A DNA stretch of 64,000 nt from NCBI GenBank assembly GCA_900553515.1, contig USDN01000009.1:123-64122 (forward strand). Direction: 5' to 3'. Positions 19,594-28,084 of this stretch are shown one piece after another; positions within the stretch are counted from its first letter, which is position 1, and each line of letters starts with the position of its first letter. The notes below the pieces were generated by a model. That model was not told the origin of the DNA. It worked only from the letters and a program-made list of their open reading frames with translations, and did no database searches. The translations under genes were made by a program, and so were the position numbers. Source of the DNA: an uncultured Blautia sp. GTDB lineage: Bacteria > Bacillota > Clostridia > Lachnospirales > Lachnospiraceae.

Positions 19594-19806
19594 ATGAAAT
19601 TTCAGCGGATTCAGGATCTTCGCGTAGACTCTGACCTGTCACAGAGACAGATCGGAGAAATACTCCATATCAGTCAGCGCACCTACTCCCACTACGAAAC
19701 AGGCTCCCGGGATATTCCTGTAGAAATGCTTATCCGAATTGCAGATTACTATAATATCAGTCTTGACTATCTGGTTGGACGCAGCGACCGGAAAGAAAAG
19801 GTCTGA
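19594..19806 (+). CDS. Small XRE HTH regulator
   Basis: RIQDLRVDSDLSQ...YSHYETG...SLDYLVG; AGGAGG RBS. Confidence 0.88.
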   Translation: MKFQRIQDLRVDSDLSQRQIGEILHISQRTYSHYETGSRDIPVEMLIRIADYYNISLDYLVGRSDRKEKV

Positions 19807-19820
19807 ATAAAAAGGATATG

Positions 19821-20192
19821 TTATCTGGCTGGAACGATTTCCAGCCAGTATCCGTCCGGATCGCTGATAAAATAAATGCCCATTCCCGGATTTTCATAGC
19901 AGATGCATCCCATGTCCTGATGTTTTTTGTGGGAGGCTTCCATGTCATCTGTGGTAAATGCCAGATGGATCTCATTATCTCCCAGATTATAGTGATCTTT
20001 TTCCCAGTCCCTGAGCCAGGTAAGCTCCAGCTGGAAGTCTGTTTCTCCATCTCCCAGATAGCAGAGGATAAAGCTTCCGTCCTCTGCCTCCTTACGTCTT
20101 ACCTCCTTCAGACCCAGCGCTTCCTCATAAAATCTTAAAGATTTTTCCAGATCGATCACATTGTAATTGTAGTGTGCAAATTTAAAGCTCAT
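19821..20192 (-). CDS. VOC/glyoxalase I-like protein
   Basis: FAHYNYNV...SLRFYEEALG...LELTW...HLAF...DPDGYWLE. Confidence 0.88.
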   Translation of the reverse strand: MSFKFAHYNYNVIDLEKSLRFYEEALGLKEVRRKEAEDGSFILCYLGDGETDFQLELTWLRDWEKDHYNLGDNEIHLAFTTDDMEASHKKHQDMGCICYENPGMGIYFISDPDGYWLEIVPAR

Positions 20193-20193
20193 A

Positions 20194-21021
20194 TTATTTT
20201 CTCCCTTCGGTTAATTCATAATAAAAAATATACTGCTGCATGATTCCTCTCATGCCGTGATATCTCCTGTTCGGAAATCCTCTTTTATAATAAAGATCCA
20301 ACACCTGACGAATATGGGTGTCCACAGGAAAGGCATCCATATGATGCAGGGCAAACAGACAGATACAGTCCGCAACCTTTTCTCCCACACCGCTGAGCTT
20401 CATAAGCTCTTTTTTTGCCCGGCTGTAATATTTCATCTGAAAGATTTTTTCCAGAGAAACCTCTCCTTCTGCAATGCTTCGTGCCGTTTCCACAAGATAT
20501 CTGGCCCGGTAGCCCATTCCCAATTCCCGCAGTTCCTCCTCTGTTGCCAGCGCCAGCGCTTCCGGTCCGGGGAAGCTGTAATACTCCACTCCCTCCCGGG
20601 AAATCTTTTTATCTCCATAACGTGCACAGAGTCTCTCAATACATCCCCGGATCCTGGTAATGTGATTCTGCTGGGAGATCAGAAACGTAATGATCATTTC
20701 CCATAAGTCCTGTCTGAGGATCCGAATCCCGCTTCCTTTTTCTGCTGCCGCACTGAGATACCGGTCTCTGGGATTTACTTTTTTTATGTATGCACTGTAA
20801 TCGGTATCCAGGTCAAAATAAGGAACCCAGAAACAGATCAATTCTACATCACTGCAGTGGAAATCCACAATGGTGCCTTTCTGTGTGATTTCCAGATACT
20901 GGTCTCCCGCTATAAGAGAATAAGAGTGCTCTCCGATCTTTTTCATGCGGAAGCACTGTCCGGAGTCACAGATCTGCTCCAGACTGAAATTATCAAGTTC
21001 CATTGTTACCATATATATCAC
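20194..21021 (-). CDS. 8-oxoguanine DNA glycosylase (Ogg-like, HhH-GPD)
   Basis: DSGQCFR, LRQDLWE, ISQQN, GVGEKVADC, FPVDTHI; start may be ATG 21012. Confidence 0.88.
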   Translation of the reverse strand: MIYMVTMELDNFSLEQICDSGQCFRMKKIGEHSYSLIAGDQYLEITQKGTIVDFHCSDVELICFWVPYFDLDTDYSAYIKKVNPRDRYLSAAAEKGSGIRILRQDLWEMIITFLISQQNHITRIRGCIERLCARYGDKKISREGVEYYSFPGPEALALATEEELRELGMGYRARYLVETARSIAEGEVSLEKIFQMKYYSRAKKELMKLSGVGEKVADCICLFALHHMDAFPVDTHIRQVLDLYYKRGFPNRRYHGMRGIMQQYIFYYELTEGRK

Positions 21022-21041
21022 TCTGTACTTTCTGATTTATT

Positions 21042-21221
21042 TTACATCTGATGACGTACTACTTTATATTCATCTCCTGAACGATAATAGGGACATTCCT
21101 TTACATTACTGGTTAAAAAACGATAATATTCATCTTCATCCAGATTTACATCACAATAATAAGTTTCTGTTTCTTCATCATACACATAGTTGGCACAATA
21201 ATCGCAGCTTGCCGCACTCAC
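21042..21221 (-). CDS. Small Cys-rich protein (DUF6472-like)
   Basis: CDYCANYVYD...C...LDEDE...CPYY...DEYKVVRHQ; GTG start after GGAGGTG. Confidence 0.7.
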   Translation of the reverse strand: MSAASCDYCANYVYDEETETYYCDVNLDEDEYYRFLTSNVKECPYYRSGDEYKVVRHQM

Positions 21222-21329
21222 ACATTTCACCTCCTTGATTTAAAATATCATTCTTTTTCTTTCTGTATGCATCTTATCACAGATGAATGTAAATAGTAAA
21301 TTAAGGAATCAAATTTTTTTAAAACCTTA

Positions 21330-21383
21330 TTGCCTAATTCCTACTGATATGATATGCTGTGTAAGTTGTTAACCTTTTAACGA
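21330..21383 (+). promoter_or_regulatory. SigA promoter plus Rex-like operator of the rnf-like operon
   Basis: TTGCCT(21330)-17bp-TATGCT(21353) with TGn; TTGTTAA-cctt-TTAACGA at 21366-21383. Confidence 0.7.
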
Positions 21384-21420
21384 ATCAAGAAATATTTTTA
21401 AAAGCAAAGGAGACCAGGAT

Positions 21421-22803
21421 ATGCAGAAACTGCAAAAATCTGTATTCCCCGGCGGCGTACATCCCACCGACGGATTTGACAAGGCTCTCTCCATGAACTG
21501 CGCGGTAACGCCTTACTATCCCGAAACGGTTACTATTCTTTCGGAGCAGTCTTTTGGAGGAAAATGCAGCTTCCTTGTAAAGCCCGGCGAGCATGTAACA
21601 GAAGGCCAGCTTATCGGTAAGCCTGAAGCCTTTATGGCCGCTCCCCTCCACGCCAGCGTAAGCGGTAAAGTCCTTGCTGTAAAAGAGATCACAGAACAGG
21701 GCCGCAGACTTATGGCGTGTATCCTGCAAAGAGAGGAATCTCCGGTTTCAGAAGCAGAAGCTTCCTATAAAAAAGGAACTGCTGATATCAGCCTTATTTC
21801 CAGAGAAGAAATCCTTACTGGAATTCGCGATGGCGGTCTGACCGGAATGGGCGGTGCAGGATTCCCCACCCATAAAAAATATGAAACTGACAAAAAGATC
21901 ACAGATCTTCTCATCAACGGCGCAGAATGTGAACCTTTCCTTACCTGCGACTACCGTCTCATGCTGGAAGAAGGCTATGCCCTCCTCAATGGAGTACGGC
22001 TTCTTCTGAAAGGCAGCGGCGCCGAAAAAGCCTATATCTGTATGGAGGACAATAAGCCTCTGGCAGCAGAGAATCTCCAGAAGATCCTCACAGAAATGTC
22101 TGCCTCCGGCCTTATGGCAGAAGAAGAAAAGCTGGAGATCCGTGTACTTCCCACCAAATATCCTCAGGGAGGTGAGCGTCAGCTGATCCAGGGTGTCCTT
22201 GGACGTGAAGTTCCCATGGGCGGGCTTCCTGCAGATGTGGGTGTGATCGTTTCCAACGTAGGAACCGCAAAAGCCGCAGCAGACATGATCCTTGGAAATG
22301 CGCCTCTGACAAAGAGGATTGTCACCGTTACCGGATCCGTAAAAAATCCGGGAAATTATCTGGTTCCTGTAGGAACCTCGGCGAAAGAGCTGATCCAGCT
22401 CTGCGGTGGAGTAACCACAGCCCAAAACCGTATCATTGCAGGCGGTCCTATGACCGGTCCCTGTGTGGCACATAACTGGAACGGTGAAACCGAACTTTTC
22501 CATGTAACAAAAAACACCTCCGGAATCCTTGTGCTTCCGGAACCCGGCTATGAAGAACAGCCCTGTATCCGCTGCTCCGGCTGCGAAAGCGTATGCCCGG
22601 CAGGACTGGTTCCCTACAAGATTGAATTTGCACTTCTTGACGAGGACTACGATCTCTGCGAAAAGCTTTATGCAAGCGAATGCATCGCCTGCGGCTGCTG
22701 TTCTTATATCTGTCCTGCCAGACGTGAGCTTTCTGTACGGACCAGAGAAGCCAGAGACATTGTAAAACAGAGAATGAGGGAAAGGGCGGTAAAAAAATCA
22801 TGA
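21421..22803 (+). CDS. rnfC: RnfC/RsxC-like NADH-binding subunit
   Basis: HASVSG, GMGGAGFPT, INGAECEP, KYPQGGE, GGPMTG, two CxxCxxCxxxCP clusters. Confidence 0.9.
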   Translation: MQKLQKSVFPGGVHPTDGFDKALSMNCAVTPYYPETVTILSEQSFGGKCSFLVKPGEHVTEGQLIGKPEAFMAAPLHASVSGKVLAVKEITEQGRRLMACILQREESPVSEAEASYKKGTADISLISREEILTGIRDGGLTGMGGAGFPTHKKYETDKKITDLLINGAECEPFLTCDYRLMLEEGYALLNGVRLLLKGSGAEKAYICMEDNKPLAAENLQKILTEMSASGLMAEEEKLEIRVLPTKYPQGGERQLIQGVLGREVPMGGLPADVGVIVSNVGTAKAAADMILGNAPLTKRIVTVTGSVKNPGNYLVPVGTSAKELIQLCGGVTTAQNRIIAGGPMTGPCVAHNWNGETELFHVTKNTSGILVLPEPGYEEQPCIRCSGCESVCPAGLVPYKIEFALLDEDYDLCEKLYASECIACGCCSYICPARRELSVRTREARDIVKQRMRERAVKKS

Positions 22804-23750
22804 ATCAGACAAAAACCTTCAGCGGCCCCCATATCCGCACAGCCAACACAACAAGGAACATCATGCTCCATGTTGCTGTTTCTCTGATGCCGGCCCTCTT
22901 AGGCTCCATTTACTTTTTCGGGATCCGTTCACTGTACATCACCGGACTTTCCGTAACTGTCTGCGTTCTGACAGAGTATATCTGGCAGAAACTGGCAAAA
23001 AAACCGGTCACTGCAGGAGATTTCAGTGCTGTAGTCACAGGTATCCTTCTTGCCTTTAACATGCCTGTCACCGCACCTTTATGGGTGATCGTTGCAGCTG
23101 ATATTTTCAGTATTCTTGTAGTTAAGCAGATGTTTGGCGGTATCGGATGCAACTTTGCCAATCCGGCACTGATGGGCCGCCTTCTGACCATGGTGGTATG
23201 GCCGGGAACCGTTATGCAGTACGTCGCTCCCAGAACACTGACAGTCTCCGGTTTTGATGCAGTTTCCTCAGCCACAGTGCTGGGCGCTGTAAAAAACGGC
23301 GGAGAAGCAGGCTACAGCTATCTGCAGATGTTCCTTGGGGAAACCCCCGGCGCACTTGGTGAGACCAGCAAACTCCTTCTTCTGGCAGGATTTGCCTATA
23401 TGTGCTTTATGGGAATTGTAAATGCAGAGGCGGCACTTACCTATATCGGTACAGTGGTTCTTCTGACCTTTGTGTTCGGACCTTCCGGACTCTTTACAGG
23501 AGACATCCTTCTGAACCTTTTTGGCGGCGGTCTGATCCTTGGGGCATGCTATATGCTTACAGACTACGCCTTTGCCTCAAGAAGAGGCCGTCTGCTTTAT
23601 GCAGTCACCGCCGGAGTCATTACTGCGGCCATCCGTATCTTCAGTTTTTATCCGGAGGGAATCTGCTTCGGTATCCTGACAGCCAACTGCCTTGCCGGCG
23701 CTCTGTCTATGCTCCATAAAAAACATGTATACGGCGTAAAAAAAGCTTAA
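22800..23750 (+). CDS. rnfD: RnfD-like membrane subunit
   Basis: KQMFGGIG.NFANPA, FMN site DAVSSAT, GALGETS. Confidence 0.88.
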   Translation: MNQTKTFSGPHIRTANTTRNIMLHVAVSLMPALLGSIYFFGIRSLYITGLSVTVCVLTEYIWQKLAKKPVTAGDFSAVVTGILLAFNMPVTAPLWVIVAADIFSILVVKQMFGGIGCNFANPALMGRLLTMVVWPGTVMQYVAPRTLTVSGFDAVSSATVLGAVKNGGEAGYSYLQMFLGETPGALGETSKLLLLAGFAYMCFMGIVNAEAALTYIGTVVLLTFVFGPSGLFTGDILLNLFGGGLILGACYMLTDYAFASRRGRLLYAVTAGVITAAIRIFSFYPEGICFGILTANCLAGALSMLHKKHVYGVKKA

Positions 23751-23765
23751 TTTGGAGGAATATTC

Positions 23766-24770
23766 ATGAAAAATAAAGAAGTAAAAGGAATTCTGGCTCT
23801 TGTTGTCGTGACCGCGCTTTCTTTTGGCGTGATCATTGGTTCAAGATCCCTGGCCATCAGCGCAGGCGGCGATTCTGCTGCTCAGAGTACAGAAGCTCTA
23901 GAGGAGCTTGATGTAAGCGGCGCAGAAAATATTGAAAAAGCATCCAAAACCGCTGACGGCTATCTGGTAACGGTCCGCACCAAGGGCTATGTGGGAGATA
24001 TCGTAATGGATGTGGCTTTTGACGAGTCTGCATCTAAAATCACCGGCGTTCAGGTCGTTGAACAGTCTGAGACAGACGGTCTTGGCTCAAAAATCGCGGA
24101 AGCTGAATTCCTGGATCAGTTCAAAGGCGTTGAAGCGCCTGTTTATCTTCCGGGCATGGATATTTCCGCAGGAACTGACAGTGCGGAAGAAGAGGCAGCT
24201 CCGGAAGAATCTGAAGATCTCAGCGTCCTTGAGGGAGCTTCCCTTGCAGACGGTACCTATGAGGCAAAAACAGAAGCCCCGGATTCCAATGGTTTCACTG
24301 ACGTAGTCACTCTTACTGTAAAAGACGGCGCTATTACAGAAGCAAGCTGGGATGCGGTAACTGAAGACGGCAGCAAAAAAAGTATCATGTCTGAAAATGG
24401 TGAGTACACTATGACAGAAGACGGACTTACCTGGAAGGAACAGGCAGAAGCTCTTGCCGCAGCTCTGATTGATAACCAGTCTCTTTCCTTCCTGAATACA
24501 GACGCAGAAGGCAAAACTGACGCTGTTTCCGGCGTAAGCATTTCCGTAAACGGCTTTATCGATCTGGCAACCAAATGTCTGGAAGAGGCTTCCGGCATTC
24601 AGGCTTCCCAGCCGGAAACAGAAGAAGCTCCGGAAGAAGAAGCTGCTTCTGAGGAAACTGCAGATATGGCCGGAACTGAAATCGACGCTGTCTCCGGCGC
24701 TACCATGTCCTCTACTGCAGCAGTGACCGGCATTAATGAAGCATATGATTTCTTACAGACAGTGAAATAA
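23766..24770 (+). CDS. RnfG-like FMN-binding protein with a nested second FMN-binding domain
   Basis: KGYVGDI...SETDGLGSKI...FLDQFKG, inserted LADGTY...TDAVSGVSIS domain, C-terminal IDAVSGATMSS. Confidence 0.8.
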   Translation: MKNKEVKGILALVVVTALSFGVIIGSRSLAISAGGDSAAQSTEALEELDVSGAENIEKASKTADGYLVTVRTKGYVGDIVMDVAFDESASKITGVQVVEQSETDGLGSKIAEAEFLDQFKGVEAPVYLPGMDISAGTDSAEEEAAPEESEDLSVLEGASLADGTYEAKTEAPDSNGFTDVVTLTVKDGAITEASWDAVTEDGSKKSIMSENGEYTMTEDGLTWKEQAEALAAALIDNQSLSFLNTDAEGKTDAVSGVSISVNGFIDLATKCLEEASGIQASQPETEEAPEEEAASEETADMAGTEIDAVSGATMSSTAAVTGINEAYDFLQTVK

Positions 24771-24788
24771 GAAAACGGAGGTTTCAAT

Positions 24789-25556
24789 ATGAAGTTAAGA
24801 TATCCGGCAGAAGCCTTTGCTCTGGGAATTGTTCTTTTTTCCGCAGGCATGAAGGAAGCCTTTGCAGCCGGGATCCTGGTGATCTTCACTTCTGTATTCG
24901 CAGAACTTTTGAAGAATCTTCTGGAAAAGGCAGTTCCCACATGGAGTCTGAAGCTCTGTGTCTACATTGCCTCCGGTTCTGTCTGCGCTTCCGCTTTTCT
25001 TGCAGGCTTTGCGGTTCTGGGAACTGTTCTTACTACAGAACTGTGGATCATGGTCTTTATCGTAGGACTTCTCTGCGGAAAACATGCACTTTCCGGAAAT
25101 ACAGACGGTGAATATGGCGAACTCCTTCTGGAATCCGCCTTTGTCTGGGGACTGTGGATCCTGTTTACTGTTTTCCGCGAATTTCTGGGCAGCGGAAGCA
25201 TCTTCGGAAATACAGTCCTTACGGCATCCTTCCAGTCCAAAGCCTTCCTGAATACCACCTTTGCATTCATGGAAGCGGGACTTGTCCTTGCATCCGTAAA
25301 CGGAATCCTGAAAAAAGACTGCAAAGAAATGAACAGCCTGTTTCCTGTAATTCCTGCTATGTTTCTCTTCCACCCCTTTACATTGGAAAGCTTTGCAGGA
25401 CTCCCGGGAACCATATGGGTGATCGTTGTTCCCATCCTTTTGTTCCTTTCTGTAAAACAGACTTTAAAATTTGCCCGTACCGGAAAGTTCTTCCGTGGGC
25501 TTCCTGTAGATATGCTGGCAGCAGGATTCATTTATATGATCCTGAGCATCTACTGA
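24789..25556 (+). CDS. Divergent RnfE-like membrane protein with RnfA-like C-terminal extension
   Basis: LLKNLLEKAVP and REFLGSGSIFG (RnfE-like); FRGLPVDMLAAG (RnfA-like C-terminus). Confidence 0.65.
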   Translation: MKLRYPAEAFALGIVLFSAGMKEAFAAGILVIFTSVFAELLKNLLEKAVPTWSLKLCVYIASGSVCASAFLAGFAVLGTVLTTELWIMVFIVGLLCGKHALSGNTDGEYGELLLESAFVWGLWILFTVFREFLGSGSIFGNTVLTASFQSKAFLNTTFAFMEAGLVLASVNGILKKDCKEMNSLFPVIPAMFLFHPFTLESFAGLPGTIWVIVVPILLFLSVKQTLKFARTGKFFRGLPVDMLAAGFIYMILSIY

Positions 25557-25563
25557 TCTTTTC

Positions 25564-25596
25564 AGCGGCATGGCCTTTGGGCTGTGCCGTTTTTTA
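25564..25596 (+). terminator. Intrinsic terminator ending the rnf-like operon
   Basis: GCGGCATGGCC-TTTG-GGCTGTGCCGT followed by T-run. Confidence 0.8.
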
Positions 25597-25620
25597 TACC
25601 ATTTTTTATATAAATTTTAT

Positions 25621-25649
25621 TTGACAAAGTATATGCGCGATGCTATAAT
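25621..25649 (+). promoter_or_regulatory. Consensus SigA promoter of the FUSC gene
   Basis: TTGACA-17bp-TATAAT with TGn. Confidence 0.85.
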
Positions 25650-25684
25650 TCCTCCCCGATATCTCAACCGAAAGGAGCGTTTCT

Positions 25685-26734
25685 ATGACATTTTATCAGG
25701 AGCTGCAGCTGAACCAGCAGGGTTCTAAAGCAATCATCAAAGCTTCTTCCACCCCTGGGGAAAAGCTGCGCCATATTTCCATTTATCTGTTCAAGATCCT
25801 CATCACCATGGTTTTCTGTATGGCTTTTGTTATGGGCTACAGCAAAATCTTCGGAGATGAAAACAGTATTGTAGGCGTTATTGTTCTTCTTTGTATCATG
25901 GTCTTCCGGTATGCTGATTTCGGAATGCAGATGCCGGGATCTCTGGCATCCCTTGCCATAATCTTCAGTATTCTTGCATTTGGACCCAGACTGGCAAACG
26001 CTGCCGGACTTTTTGGAGAGCTGGTCATCAACGCAATCTGCATCTTTGCCCTTCTGCTTCTGGGCTGCCACAATGTCATGATGGCAAATCATTCCACCCT
26101 TGTCCTTGGCTATCTTCTGCTTTACGGCTATGATACCACCGGAAAAACCTATCTGATGAGACTGGCTGCCATAGGAGCAGGAGCTGTTCTGACTGCTCTT
26201 GTCTTTTACAGAAATCACCGAAAGCTGAGCTACAAAAGAAAACTCCGCGATGTTATAAAAGAATTCCGGCTGACTTCCCTTCGGACACGCTGGCAGCTGA
26301 CCGTAACCTTTGGCGTTTCCACTGCAGTCTTTCTCGGAGGACTTTTTCATATTCCAAGAACTATGTGGATCGGAATTGCCGCCATGTCCGTGCTTCTTCC
26401 TTTCCGCACAGATATGAAAGAAAGAGTCAGAGGACGTATTCCCGGAAACATTATCGGCGCTGTTGTCTTCCTTGGCATTTGTGTATTCCTTCCCGCCTCT
26501 GTCTTTCCTTATATCGGTGTTATCGGAGGCATCGGCGTAGGTCTTTCCGCCACCTATCAGTGGCAGGCTGTATTTAATTCTCTGGGCGCTATGGCAATCG
26601 CCACCAGTATTCTGGGGCTTCCCGGAGCTATCCTTTTCCGCATCGCCAATAATCTTCTGGGTTCTGTCTACGGACAGGCTTTTGAAAAAATATCCAGCCG
26701 GTTCCTTGACCGGATCACTCCTGCTCAGACCTGA
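25685..26734 (+). CDS. FUSC-family membrane protein
   Basis: Multi-TM; MWIGIAAMSVLLP...RIPGNIIG...RIANNLLG. Confidence 0.78.
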   Translation: MTFYQELQLNQQGSKAIIKASSTPGEKLRHISIYLFKILITMVFCMAFVMGYSKIFGDENSIVGVIVLLCIMVFRYADFGMQMPGSLASLAIIFSILAFGPRLANAAGLFGELVINAICIFALLLLGCHNVMMANHSTLVLGYLLLYGYDTTGKTYLMRLAAIGAGAVLTALVFYRNHRKLSYKRKLRDVIKEFRLTSLRTRWQLTVTFGVSTAVFLGGLFHIPRTMWIGIAAMSVLLPFRTDMKERVRGRIPGNIIGAVVFLGICVFLPASVFPYIGVIGGIGVGLSATYQWQAVFNSLGAMAIATSILGLPGAILFRIANNLLGSVYGQAFEKISSRFLDRITPAQT

Positions 26735-26754
26735 TCTTCTTTTTCCGGCATGAT

Positions 26755-26806
26755 AAAAAGCCACAGCTTCTGACATTTCTTCAATGTCGGAAACCATGGC
26801 TTTTTT
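26755..26806. terminator. Bidirectional terminator-like hairpin
   Basis: AAAAAGCCA...TTCTGACAT...ATGTCGGAA...TGGCTTTTTT between converging genes. Confidence 0.65.
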
Positions 26807-26847
26807 CTTATTCAGAATATCTGTATCCTACAAAAAAACAGGCTTTT

Positions 26848-27033
26848 TCAGGCGTTCTCCTCCAGAATGTCTCTTACCAGACAGCGGATAAAATCTCTGC
26901 ATTTTCCGCATCCTGTTCCAAACCCGGTCGCCTTCTGCACTTCATCAAAATCCTTCGCACCTGCCTTAATGGCATCTTCAATCATCCCATAGGTAATATT
27001 CTTACAATGGCATGCTTCTTTTTTTCGGTTCAT
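26848..27033 (-). CDS. BFD-like [2Fe-2S] protein
   Basis: CHC...GTGCGKC. Confidence 0.85.
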   Translation of the reverse strand: MNRKKEACHCKNITYGMIEDAIKAGAKDFDEVQKATGFGTGCGKCRDFIRCLVRDILEENA

Positions 27034-27065
27034 AAATCACCCTCTCTTTCTGCTTCATTCTATTT

Positions 27066-27842
27066 TTATTCCCACACCTTCCATGGCGCGTTTCCTTTCT
27101 GCCACAGTTCCTCCAGATAATTCTTTTCGCGAAGCGTATCCATGCACTGCCAGAAACCTTTATGGCGGTATGCGTTCAGCTGTCCGCTGCGGGCTGCCTC
27201 TACAAGAGGCTCCTTCTCAAACACTGTGGAATCTCCCTGGATCAGATCCATGATCTCCGGTTCGAGAACCATAAAACCGGCATTGATCCAGCCGCCGTCC
27301 TCTTTTTTCTTCTCTTTGAAGTTTGTGATAGTCCCGTCCTCGCAGATATCAAGAATGCCAAAACGTCCTCCCGGCTGGGCAGCTGTAATAGTTGCCATTT
27401 TTCCATGGGATCTGTGGTATTCCAGAAGATCCTTTATGTTCACATCTGCTACGCCGTCCCCATAAGTCAGCATAAATGTGTCTCCGTCCAGATATTCCCT
27501 GACTCTTTTGATACGTCCTCCGGTCATGGTATACAGCCCCGTATCCACAAGCGTCACCTTCCATGGCTCCAGAGTGTTGTTATGGACGATCATCTTGTTT
27601 TCCTGAGTAAAGTCAAAGGTAATGTTGCTGTTATGCAGATAATAATCTGCAAACCATTCCTTGATCACATGCTGTTTATAACCGCAGCAGATCACAAACT
27701 CATTAAATCCATAATGAGAATACATTTTCATAATATGCCATAAAACAGGCTTTTCTCCGATCTCGATCATTGGCTTGGGCTTCAGATGGCTTTCCTCACT
27801 GATCCTCGTTCCAAATCCTCCTGCCAGAATAACAACCTTCAT
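27066..27842 (-). CDS. rfbF: Glucose-1-phosphate cytidylyltransferase
   Basis: MKVVILAGGFGTRISEES...PKPMIEIG, TMTGGRIK, LTYGDG, FWQCMDTLRE. Confidence 0.92.
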   Translation of the reverse strand: MKVVILAGGFGTRISEESHLKPKPMIEIGEKPVLWHIMKMYSHYGFNEFVICCGYKQHVIKEWFADYYLHNSNITFDFTQENKMIVHNNTLEPWKVTLVDTGLYTMTGGRIKRVREYLDGDTFMLTYGDGVADVNIKDLLEYHRSHGKMATITAAQPGGRFGILDICEDGTITNFKEKKKEDGGWINAGFMVLEPEIMDLIQGDSTVFEKEPLVEAARSGQLNAYRHKGFWQCMDTLREKNYLEELWQKGNAPWKVWE

Positions 27843-27955
27843 ATATATTCTCCAATCTTCCTTTATCGTATCCATTGTTTTGATGTGTAAACTGATTTTT
27901 ATTTCTTTTTCATTCTAATACAAATACGTCCAAAAGAAAACCCCAAAAGATAAAA

Positions 27956-28040
27956 AGCCATACAGTCAGCCGGGAAATCGTTACTGTTCATGACCTTCAC
28001 AGTAACGGTAAATCAACTTTTCCCAACCGACCATACGGCT
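27956..28040 (-). terminator. Long G-U-rich hairpin with T-tail downstream of the radical SAM gene
   Basis: 22-bp outer helix that pairs fully only on the minus strand, 9-bp inner helix, then TTTTT. Confidence 0.65.
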
Positions 28041-28084
28041 GTTAAAATATCCTGTCAGGATTCTGATCTTCTGACAGATTCATT

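Noticed and set aside
15453..19810. Calling the TCS-ABC block a mobile element
   Set aside because: No integrase, transposase or matching terminal repeats visible.
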